Made by a program: the position numbers and the translations under genes. From the NCBI GenBank assembly GCA_965246885.1, contig OZ251992.1, positions 704,001 to 768,000 on the forward strand: a DNA stretch of 64,000 nucleotides, written 5' to 3'. The stretch is from Abditibacterium sp. (lineage in GTDB: Bacteria; Armatimonadota; Abditibacteriia; Abditibacteriales; Abditibacteriaceae). Shown in pieces: positions 48,693 through 56,636 of this stretch. How positions within the stretch are numbered: the first letter of the stretch is position 1; the number at the start of each line of letters is the position of its first letter. The notes beneath the pieces were generated by a model. The model had not been told where the DNA came from. It was given only the letters and a program-made list of their open reading frames with translations, and made no database searches.

Positions 48693-49612
48693 GCGCCCCG
48701 CTCCACTTACACCGCTTCGCCGTCCACTCGTCGCTGCCGCTTCCGGCAGACCCGACGTGCCGGAGCCTCGCGGTGGACGAAACGCGCGACCGCTTGGACA
48801 TCTCGCTGCACCCCTTCGCGGAGTTGCCTTGCCAGTCAGCCCTCGTGCAAACCAAGGAGGTGTACGATTTAGGCGATAGCGTGCTGATTTGGGCGAACGG
48901 TTATGGGATGCAGGTGGACTTCGCCGTCAGTCGCGTCCGCAACTACCTCAACAGCCCCGACTACGCGCCGCAGATCATGAGCCGTCTGCTCAATGTGGGC
49001 TTGTCGGCGGCAACATATCTTCGCGGCGAACTGCCATTGCACGCGGGCGCCGTGTCGCTCGATGGGCAGTTCGTCGGCGTGCTGGCCGCGTCGGGCACGG
49101 GCAAGTCCACGCTCGTCTGGTCGCTTGTGCAGGGCGGCGCGCTTTTTGGTAACGACGATCTTGTGAACGTTGGGATGGGCGGCGCGTCTCCCGTCGCCAT
49201 GCCGTTGGTGTCGCTGGTCCCAAAGCTACGCGCGCCCAGCCTCGAAGCGTGCGCCAATGGCACGTCTGCCGTTGAGACTTACTCCGATTCGGGCGAGTTT
49301 TGGATGCACATCCGCCCCGCGCAGCGCCTGACCGAGCCGCAACCGCTCCGGTGCTTGTTCGCCCTCGAACCGGAGGCGGACGCGACGGACATCACCGCCC
49401 GCCGTTGGAGCGAAGCGGAAGCGTCCCTCCTGTTGCCCACGCACTTGCACGGCGCCCATTTTGGGCGGGCCTTCGTGGGCGCCAAGGCTCTGGACGCGCG
49501 TTTGAAAAAGCTGGCCGAAGCAGTACCCGTTTACTCGCTGTGCTATCCCAAACGCTTCGACCTCCTTCCGGCGCTCATTGACACCATGCGCGGGGTGGCG
49601 GCTGGGGTTTAA
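48689..49612 (+). CDS. HPr kinase-related P-loop kinase
   Basis: LHAGAV, AASGTGKST, NDD motifs; ATGA overlap with the upstream gene. Confidence 0.8.
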   Translation: MSAPLHLHRFAVHSSLPLPADPTCRSLAVDETRDRLDISLHPFAELPCQSALVQTKEVYDLGDSVLIWANGYGMQVDFAVSRVRNYLNSPDYAPQIMSRLLNVGLSAATYLRGELPLHAGAVSLDGQFVGVLAASGTGKSTLVWSLVQGGALFGNDDLVNVGMGGASPVAMPLVSLVPKLRAPSLEACANGTSAVETYSDSGEFWMHIRPAQRLTEPQPLRCLFALEPEADATDITARRWSEAEASLLLPTHLHGAHFGRAFVGAKALDARLKKLAEAVPVYSLCYPKRFDLLPALIDTMRGVAAGV

Positions 49613-49626
49613 TGTGTTGTGGGCGC

Positions 49627-51483
49627 TCAAGGCGCCTTGGGCGGCTCGATGAATTGGACGACGGCGACGGCGTAGGGGGCGAGGCGGATGGTTTGGAAGG
49701 GGCTTTTCGGCAGGTTCTCGAAGCGCACGCTTTGGCGGGCGTCGTCGAAGATGCGCAGGCGCGCTTCGCGCAGGACGGGGAAGCCGCGTATTCCCAACTG
49801 CGCGGTCTGCGGGGCGTCGGTGGTGTTGATGAGCCAGACATTGTGGGCGGTGGAGGTATTGGCGGCAACGGCGAACACCGCCTCGCTCGAACTTTTGGTG
49901 CCAACGCGCACGCTGCCCGACGGGAAGAAGGTGTTCCACATCCACGCGGCGTAGTAGGCCGGATACGCTTTGGAGCCAGAGTCGAGCAGGCCCTGTTCGG
50001 GGCTACTGGCGTCGGCGGTGAAGATTTGGTCGGCCAAGCGCGAACCCGACGCGAGGAACTGGCCCCACCATGCCCCCGCGATCATCTGCGTGAGGCGCGG
50101 GTCGTCCGGTGTGCTTGCGGGGGTAGCGGCTCCGGCGAGGCCCGCTTCGGTCACGAACAGCGCGGCGCGGGGAAAGCGGCTTTTGTCGAGCAAACCCGCG
50201 ACGGTCTTCAAACTCCCGACGGTGCGCGCGGCACTGATGGCTGCGGCGTCGCTTGCACCCCCATCCGGCGAGCCGAAAAAGCGCACGGACAGGAAATCCA
50301 GCCCGCGCGCGCCGCGCAAAAGCGCCGAGACGCTCGCGCTTTGCCCCGAAAAGTTGCCCGTCCCGCCGACTAAATACGTCTTCGAGACGGCTTTGAGGGC
50401 GTCGCGGCCCGCGTTGTAAAAGGCCAACGAGGTGGTGTCGTTCTGGTCGGGGCTGGCGGTGGCCAGTTCCCACGCGCGCACTTTCTGGTCGCGCAGGGCG
50501 CGCGCGGCTTGGGTGCACAGCGCAGCATAGCCCCGTTCGTCCAAGCCCCATTCGGGGGCGTTGGGCAAAGACACCAAGACCTGCGCGCGCAGACTCCGGG
50601 CGCGCGCCGCCGCAACGACCAAGCGGGCGAAGCTAAAACTGGGTTGGCTGGAGTCGGCGATATCCACAAGCGCGCCCGCGTCGAGACGTATCCAGCGCGG
50701 CGCGAGCACGCCGATGGCGCCGCGAAAGGCGGGGTTGGCATCCAAGACGACCTGCGTGCGCGCGTCGGCGGGGGCGCCCAACGACACGTCGGCCGCCGCC
50801 CGAATCAGGCCGCTCGTTTTGAGAAAGTCGGCTTGCACGGACACATCCCCACTCGCAAGGGGCGCACGGGTGGGGATGGGCGCCGGAGTCGGGGTCGGCG
50901 CCACCAACGGGCGGCCCGTCCCCCGCACTTCGATGTCGTCCACCGAAAAGAAGCGCGAACTCCACGCCCCGCTTTGCTCGAACTGAAGCAAATACACGCT
51001 CCCCATGCGCGGCGCGAGGGCTTCGCCGCGCGGCCCCCGGAAGTCAGATAGAGGAATGACAACTTGGCGCCAGCGCGGAGTGTCGAGGCGGATGGGACGG
51101 GGTAAGGAAAACGTCGCGTCGCGCCCGCCGATTTTACCGCGCAGTTGCAGCGTCACGCCTTGCGCTTCGCCGCCGCCATCCAGCGCGAAACGCAAGGTCT
51201 GCGCGCCCGCGTCGCTCCACTTCTGCCCATCAACGGGCCGCGACAAACTGGCCCAAGCCGCGCGGCCCGCGCGGAAGGTGAGGAGCGCGGCGCCCTTGGA
51301 TTTGCCAAACGCGCCGGGCGAAGTCGCCACGATGTCAGCCAACCCCACACGATTTTTGTCGGCGCGCACCCAGTTGCCCACGCCCGCCTCGAAGTTGTCT
51401 ACGGCGATGGTCACGGGCGTTTGCGCCTGAGCGCGGGCGCAGAAAGAAAGCAACAGGACGGTGGCGAAAGAAGTGCGGTTCAT
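49627..51483 (-). CDS. Secreted protein: CBM11/CIA30-like domain plus GH39/GH79-like TIM barrel
   Basis: Signal peptide; WRQVVIPLSDF; PT linker; LFVTE; C-terminal LAPYAVAVV beta-sandwich. Confidence 0.65.
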   Translation of the reverse strand: MNRTSFATVLLLSFCARAQAQTPVTIAVDNFEAGVGNWVRADKNRVGLADIVATSPGAFGKSKGAALLTFRAGRAAWASLSRPVDGQKWSDAGAQTLRFALDGGGEAQGVTLQLRGKIGGRDATFSLPRPIRLDTPRWRQVVIPLSDFRGPRGEALAPRMGSVYLLQFEQSGAWSSRFFSVDDIEVRGTGRPLVAPTPTPAPIPTRAPLASGDVSVQADFLKTSGLIRAAADVSLGAPADARTQVVLDANPAFRGAIGVLAPRWIRLDAGALVDIADSSQPSFSFARLVVAAARARSLRAQVLVSLPNAPEWGLDERGYAALCTQAARALRDQKVRAWELATASPDQNDTTSLAFYNAGRDALKAVSKTYLVGGTGNFSGQSASVSALLRGARGLDFLSVRFFGSPDGGASDAAAISAARTVGSLKTVAGLLDKSRFPRAALFVTEAGLAGAATPASTPDDPRLTQMIAGAWWGQFLASGSRLADQIFTADASSPEQGLLDSGSKAYPAYYAAWMWNTFFPSGSVRVGTKSSSEAVFAVAANTSTAHNVWLINTTDAPQTAQLGIRGFPVLREARLRIFDDARQSVRFENLPKSPFQTIRLAPYAVAVVQFIEPPKAP

Positions 51484-51765
51484 GGGTGCAAAGCAGCGAG
51501 AAGCAACGGCGCGCAGTTTAGCGGGAGACCTTGCGGCCTTCCGACTTCGCATTTGCTTGCGCGCGGCGTGCGCCGCACTTCTTGGGTTGTGGCACTCACG
51601 CGGTCAGCCGCCTTTCGCGGGCCGACGCACGCGCGAGTTATCCCCGCATGGGGAAAACCATAGGGATAAATCAGGGGAAAAGCGCGACCGTGAAATTTTT
51701 AGGCGAGGCCGCCAACGTGCGCGCGCCAAGGGAAAGGGAAAAAGCCTCTTGCGCGGGGCGCCCGA

Positions 51766-52383
51766 TTATGCTTGGGAGCCTTCTATTTCCCCAACTTGCG
51801 ACAGGGTATGTGTCACGACGAAGGCGCTCAACAGGGAAAGCGGGGCGCCCACGACCAGTGGCACGGCAGCGAGCGTGGGCAGGGCTGCCGACAAACCAAA
51901 CAGCGTCACTATCCCACAAATGAGGGCGGGTGTCGTGAACGAGGGAAAGATGAGCGCAAACGAGCGCGCCGTTGCGGGAGCCGCATCGGACGACGAATCA
52001 CTCGAATCATTCAAGCTCGCCCGCGACAGGATGTCGGCGTTGGGCGCGACAGTTTCCAAGTCGCGCAAAAGAGAGGGCAAGAACTCCTCGAACGCCATGC
52101 GCGGCGATTGCATTTCCACAGCTTGACGGTAGGCGTCGTAGCGGCGGCGGCGCTTGGCGTCGAGCAAAACGGTGCGCGCTTGGGGCAGCAGTTCAAGTTG
52201 CAACCCCGCTTCTTGGCGGCGCGCGGGGGTGCGGTGGTCGCGGTCGGTTTGCGCTTCTTTGTAGCGGGCGTTAATGTGCTCGCGCAGTTCATCGGCGCCA
52301 AGATCGGTGGAAGCGCCGATGAGAGCGTAGAAGTCCACGAAACCGTCGGCGTGTTGCGCTCCGAGGGTAGGTTGGGTAATCAT
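51766..52383 (-). CDS. J-domain-like membrane protein lacking HPD
   Basis: DFYALIG...ARTVLLDAKRRRRYD; two C-terminal TMs; ORF open to TTG 52410. Confidence 0.7.
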   Translation of the reverse strand: MITQPTLGAQHADGFVDFYALIGASTDLGADELREHINARYKEAQTDRDHRTPARRQEAGLQLELLPQARTVLLDAKRRRRYDAYRQAVEMQSPRMAFEEFLPSLLRDLETVAPNADILSRASLNDSSDSSSDAAPATARSFALIFPSFTTPALICGIVTLFGLSAALPTLAAVPLVVGAPLSLLSAFVVTHTLSQVGEIEGSQA

Positions 52384-52416
52384 AATGGTGTTCGTATCCG
52401 GGTTGAGCAAGTCGTT

Positions 52417-53940
52417 TTACGCGACGACGGCGCGCGACAGCATCTCCTGTTCGAGCGCGACGAGCGCGCTGGAGCGTTCGCCAGACAGGCTCAGAAGCGC
52501 GCGCCCTTCGCGGCCCGTGATCTGATCGCGGGCGAAGACGGTGATGCGCCCGTTTTCGTCGCACCTGAACTCCACTTCGATTTGCGGCTCTCCGGCGGGA
52601 CGAAGCGGCGATGTGTCGAGGTCGAAGCGCCCCACTGGGGCGGAGTAAGAGTCCATGTCGCGCGCCTCGCCCTCGTAGATGAGGACGTTTACGACGGCTT
52701 GGTCGTCTTTTACCGTCGTATAGCCGCGCCGTATCTCGGTGTGCGGAAGCGGCGTCAGAGCGGGCACGACCGGGTCTACTCTCACGTTGCCCTTATGACT
52801 GGTCGCCACGCCGAGGGTATGTGACAGGACATGCCCCACCTTGATGTCGGGCAAAGACCCATCGCCCAACAGTAAGCCCGCTTGGATGGCGGCGCCCTTG
52901 GCCACGCACTCGTCGGGGTCGAAGAGTTGCGGACGCTTGCCCGTCGCGCGCAGCAGCATTTCCCGCACCATCGGCATACGCGAACTGCCGCCCACGCAAA
53001 GCACTTCCGCGATGTCGTCCCATTCCAAACCGGCCTGAGCCAAGACGTTCTCCAGCAGCATTTCGGTGCGCGCGAGCAGGTCGGCGCACAGCGAATCGAG
53101 GTCGGCGCGCGTCACTTCCACGCGCACCGGAAGCAGGGCATCGAGGGCGCTCGTCGGGTTGGCTTTGCGCGCCTTGAACGCGATGGGAGCCGACATCCGC
53201 GCCGAGAGTTGTATCTTGGCGGTTTCAGCCTTGAGGCGAAGCTCCGCTTCAAGGGCGCCGTCGTGGACGATCTCTTCGCCCAGTTCGGCGACCTTTTCCT
53301 CGACGAAGTTCATGATGCGGTCGTCGAAGTCTTTGCCGCCCAAAAACGGGTCGCCACCGACAGCTAATACGTGCAACTCGTCTTGGGAGATTTCGAGGAT
53401 GGTCACGTCGAAGGTGCCGCCGCCAAGGTCGTAGACGAGAATGTTGCGCGTTTCGTCGCGGTTGTTCAATCCGTAAGCGAGGGCTGCCGCCGTCGGCTCG
53501 GAAATGATGCGCAAGACGTTGAGGCCCGCCATTTTCCCGGCTTCAAGGGTCGCTTGACGCTGGTTTTCGTTGAAATAGGCGGGGACAGTGATGACCGCGT
53601 CCGACAAACTCTCGCCCAGTTCAGTCTCGGCGTCTTGAACGAGCTTGCGCAGGATAATGCTCGACAAGAACTCTGGCGAGTAGGAGCGTCCGTCCACGTG
53701 CAAGCGGTGATCGCTTTGGCCCATGAAGCGTTTAACGAACTGGACGACGCGCTCCGGGTCGTTGACGGTGGACTGCAGGGCGACTTCTCCCACGACGAAT
53801 TGCGGCTCGTCCACGAAAATGACGGAAGGCGTGGTGGTGCGGCCTTCGGAGTTCTTGATGATGGCGGGCTTGCCGTATTCGTCCAAGTAGGCAACGGCGG
53901 AATAGGTGGTGCCCAAATCAATGCCAATGGCGCGGTTCAT
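52417..53940 (-). CDS. Non-canonical Hsp70 (DnaK paralogue, 507 aa)
   Basis: GIDLGTTYS, TTPS, VITVPAYF, EPTAAA, YDLGGGTFD, LGGKDFD, VGGSSRMP, PDECVAKGAA. Confidence 0.93.
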   Translation of the reverse strand: MNRAIGIDLGTTYSAVAYLDEYGKPAIIKNSEGRTTTPSVIFVDEPQFVVGEVALQSTVNDPERVVQFVKRFMGQSDHRLHVDGRSYSPEFLSSIILRKLVQDAETELGESLSDAVITVPAYFNENQRQATLEAGKMAGLNVLRIISEPTAAALAYGLNNRDETRNILVYDLGGGTFDVTILEISQDELHVLAVGGDPFLGGKDFDDRIMNFVEEKVAELGEEIVHDGALEAELRLKAETAKIQLSARMSAPIAFKARKANPTSALDALLPVRVEVTRADLDSLCADLLARTEMLLENVLAQAGLEWDDIAEVLCVGGSSRMPMVREMLLRATGKRPQLFDPDECVAKGAAIQAGLLLGDGSLPDIKVGHVLSHTLGVATSHKGNVRVDPVVPALTPLPHTEIRRGYTTVKDDQAVVNVLIYEGEARDMDSYSAPVGRFDLDTSPLRPAGEPQIEVEFRCDENGRITVFARDQITGREGRALLSLSGERSSALVALEQEMLSRAVVA

Positions 53941-54758
53941 GGTGTGTCTCCTTCTGTTTTAGGGGCTTTGCCCACGACGACTTCGGTTGGACGCAGGACA
54001 TGGCCTTTGAGCGTCCAACCGGGACGCGCCACGCTTTGCACGAGGCCGTCTTGTTCCGGCGCGACGGGAACTGTCGCCACCGCTTTTTGTCCGTGCGCGT
54101 CGAAGTGGCCTGCCGGTGTCGGCAACAGTTCGACTTCGCATGTGAGAAGCGCCTGCTCGAACTGGTCGCGCACGAACGCGATGTTGTCGCGGACTTTGTC
54201 GGCGCGTAGCGCGTTGGGCGCGAGGTTTTGGGCGGTCTGCGCCGTCTGATGAAGCGCCATTTCACGGTCGAACTCTTCGAGTGCGTCGAACACGAACAGC
54301 AGGGGGCGCAGAAGGGGCTTGACGTGTTCAAATACGAAGTCGCGCTTGTAATTCAACATTTCGGCGTGCAACGCGTCGAAGAGGCGCTCCGACTCGGAGT
54401 TCCTATGCCGCATGCCCGCGACATCGGTGCGCACCGCTTCAAGGCACCCCTGCATTTGCGTGATGGCCCCGGCCATCGCGCCAAGGGCATCGAGCAAATC
54501 TATCTCGTCGGGCGCGTGCTCTGGCTCGAGCGCCGCCATCGGCGCGTCAGTGGCAGACGTCTGGGAACCATTCCCGGACGTCTGGGAACCGGCGGCGGGC
54601 GTCGGCGGAACGGTTACGGGTGGCGCTCCGCGCCCCACGACCCTCCCGCGAACGCCCGCGAGCATCGCGGACACACTGGGTTTGGCTGTCGGCGCGTCTG
54701 GGGCGGCGGCGGGAGAAGCGCCGACAAACGCCAATTGGGAATTGAAGGAGTTGAACAT
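53937..54758 (-). CDS. grpE: GrpE-family nucleotide exchange factor
   Basis: Coiled coil, LLFVFDALE, FDAHGQKAV, RPGWTLKGHVLRPTEVVV; ATGA overlap with hsp70. Confidence 0.85.
   Translation of the reverse strand: MFNSFNSQLAFVGASPAAAPDAPTAKPSVSAMLAGVRGRVVGRGAPPVTVPPTPAAGSQTSGNGSQTSATDAPMAALEPEHAPDEIDLLDALGAMAGAITQMQGCLEAVRTDVAGMRHRNSESERLFDALHAEMLNYKRDFVFEHVKPLLRPLLFVFDALEEFDREMALHQTAQTAQNLAPNALRADKVRDNIAFVRDQFEQALLTCEVELLPTPAGHFDAHGQKAVATVPVAPEQDGLVQSVARPGWTLKGHVLRPTEVVVGKAPKTEGDTP
54551..54592. repeat. Two-unit 21-bp array in frame within the grpE linker
   Basis: TGGCAGACGTCTGGGA-ACCAT-TCCCGGACGTCTGGGA; encodes GSQTSGN-GSQTSAT. Confidence 0.8.
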
Positions 54759-54764
54759 GAGTGG

Positions 54765-56207
54765 TTAAGCGATCACCGCCTCCGCCTCGGATGTAGCGAT
54801 GGGCAGTTCGTCCGTCGAGTAGGCATCTTCGGCGTGCTGCGAGTTGTCCAACCCCATCTCTTCGTCTTCGGCGGGAACGCGCAAGCCCATCGTTAGCTCG
54901 ATGGCGCGCAACAGGAAGAACGTCATCACAAAGCAAAAGAGCGCGACGACAAACGCACAGCCGACTTGGTGCACGAAGGTGGCGGTGCCGCCTTCGAGCA
55001 ATCCGGGCAGGGCCGAGGAGTTCAGGCCGTTGCGCGCCAAGGCGCCTGTTGCGAACACGCCGGTCAGGATGGTGCCGGTCATGCCGCCGATGCCGTGCAC
55101 GGCGAAGACATCGAGCGAATCGTCAATGGTGCCCTGCGAGCGCCACCACACCATGAGGTAACACACGACGGTCGCAATGGCGCCTACGAAAATGGCGCCC
55201 AGAGGCGAGACGAACCCCGCCGCCGGGGTAATGGCGACCAAGCCGACGACCACGCCCGTAATGGCGCCAAGCGACGTGATGGCGCGGCGCACCAGCAAGT
55301 CCACCATCATCCACGCGAACATCGCCGCGCACGCCGCCAAAATCGTATTGGCCACCGCGAGGCCGCCCAAAGCGTCGGCGTGCAATGCCGACCCGCCGTT
55401 GAAGCCGCACCAACCGATCCACAACAAGCAGCCGCCCAACAAGCAAAGCGGCATGGAGTGGGGGTTCATCGCCACGCGCCCGTAACCCCGGCGCCGCCCC
55501 AAGAGGATGGCGGCGGCGAGCGCCGAGAACCCGGCACTTGTGTGGACGACCGTGCCGCCCGCGAAGTCCATCAGGCCCAGATTCGCTTCCCATCCGCCCG
55601 GAGACCACGCCCAGTGCGCGATAGGACAGTAGACCAATAACCCCCACAGGGAAATGAAGACCAGATACGAGGAGAACTTGATCCGCTCGATGAGCGCGCC
55701 GGAGATTAGCGCGGGGGTGATGAGAAAGAACATCGCCTGAAACAGCGAATGGACGCTTATCGGAATGGTGGGCGCGGCGACGTGCGCGGTTTTGGACACG
55801 AAGTCCCACAGGCCGAAGAACTCCGGCCCGCCAATCCAGCCGTTGGCCGCGCCGCCGTTGCCAAACGCGAGCGAGTAGCCGCCCACCGCCCACAAAAGTC
55901 CCAAGACCGCCATTGCCGCGAGCGACATCATCAGCGTGTTGATGGCGTTCTTGGTGCGCACGAGGCCGCCATAAAAGAAGGCGAGGCCGGGCGTCATCAT
56001 CAAAACGAGAACGGTGGCGACGATGACCCATGCGGTGTCGCCGGTGTCCAATTTGAGCGGAACGGCGTTGGTGGCCGGTTGCGCCCACGCACCCGGCGCG
56101 CTCAGCAGTAATGCCGCTACGCCGGGAACGCCCACCGCCAAGGCGCGCGCGAAGTGGCGGGCGCGCCCCCGTGCGGGCGTCGAAGAAGAGAAGTTGATAG
56201 GATTCAC
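54765..56207 (-). CDS. amtB: Ammonium transporter
   Basis: PGLAFFYGGLVR, FQAMF, DFAGGTVVH, GWCGFNGGS, GLVAITPAAG, DDSLDVFAVHG. Confidence 0.97.
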   Translation of the reverse strand: MNPINFSSSTPARGRARHFARALAVGVPGVAALLLSAPGAWAQPATNAVPLKLDTGDTAWVIVATVLVLMMTPGLAFFYGGLVRTKNAINTLMMSLAAMAVLGLLWAVGGYSLAFGNGGAANGWIGGPEFFGLWDFVSKTAHVAAPTIPISVHSLFQAMFFLITPALISGALIERIKFSSYLVFISLWGLLVYCPIAHWAWSPGGWEANLGLMDFAGGTVVHTSAGFSALAAAILLGRRRGYGRVAMNPHSMPLCLLGGCLLWIGWCGFNGGSALHADALGGLAVANTILAACAAMFAWMMVDLLVRRAITSLGAITGVVVGLVAITPAAGFVSPLGAIFVGAIATVVCYLMVWWRSQGTIDDSLDVFAVHGIGGMTGTILTGVFATGALARNGLNSSALPGLLEGGTATFVHQVGCAFVVALFCFVMTFFLLRAIELTMGLRVPAEDEEMGLDNSQHAEDAYSTDELPIATSEAEAVIA

Positions 56208-56636
56208 GAGAACTTTGGAGGTGTTGGTTTTAGAACAACATCTTGGCGCTTAAAGCTGCGCCACTGCTGGAAGAGGAGTTGACACCGTTATTGCCACTTG
56301 GACGGCGGCACTTTGGCTTTATAAAGCCACAGTTAACGCGGCGGAAACAAAGGACTCAGGGAGAACCCTTAAATTTCGCGCAGATGACGGCGTTTCCAGC
56401 AATCAGGATTAAACGGCGTGTCAAGCGGCGGCGCGGGGAAAAGCTACTGCTCCATAGGGAAAACTCGCGCCGCGCGCGCAAACAGTCGCGTCAGTGAAAA
56501 TCGGGTCTGGGACGGACACGCAAAACCTGCCGCTCCCCCGGCGCCGCGCGCGGTTTCGGGCGCCATTTTCGGGTGCTATCCTCAAATGCACCCTGCGCGC
56601 CGCAACACCCCGCGATGCGCCGGACGGTTTTCTTCC

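Noticed and set aside
45494..49612. Lasso peptide or other classical RiPP cluster
   Set aside because: No asparagine-synthase-like cyclase, B1/B2, radical SAM, YcaO, LanM or peptidase-ABC transporter in the cluster
52417..53940. Housekeeping dnaK
   Set aside because: Too short, divergent substrate-binding domain, no lid, no canonical dnaJ or hrcA; gene symbol withheld
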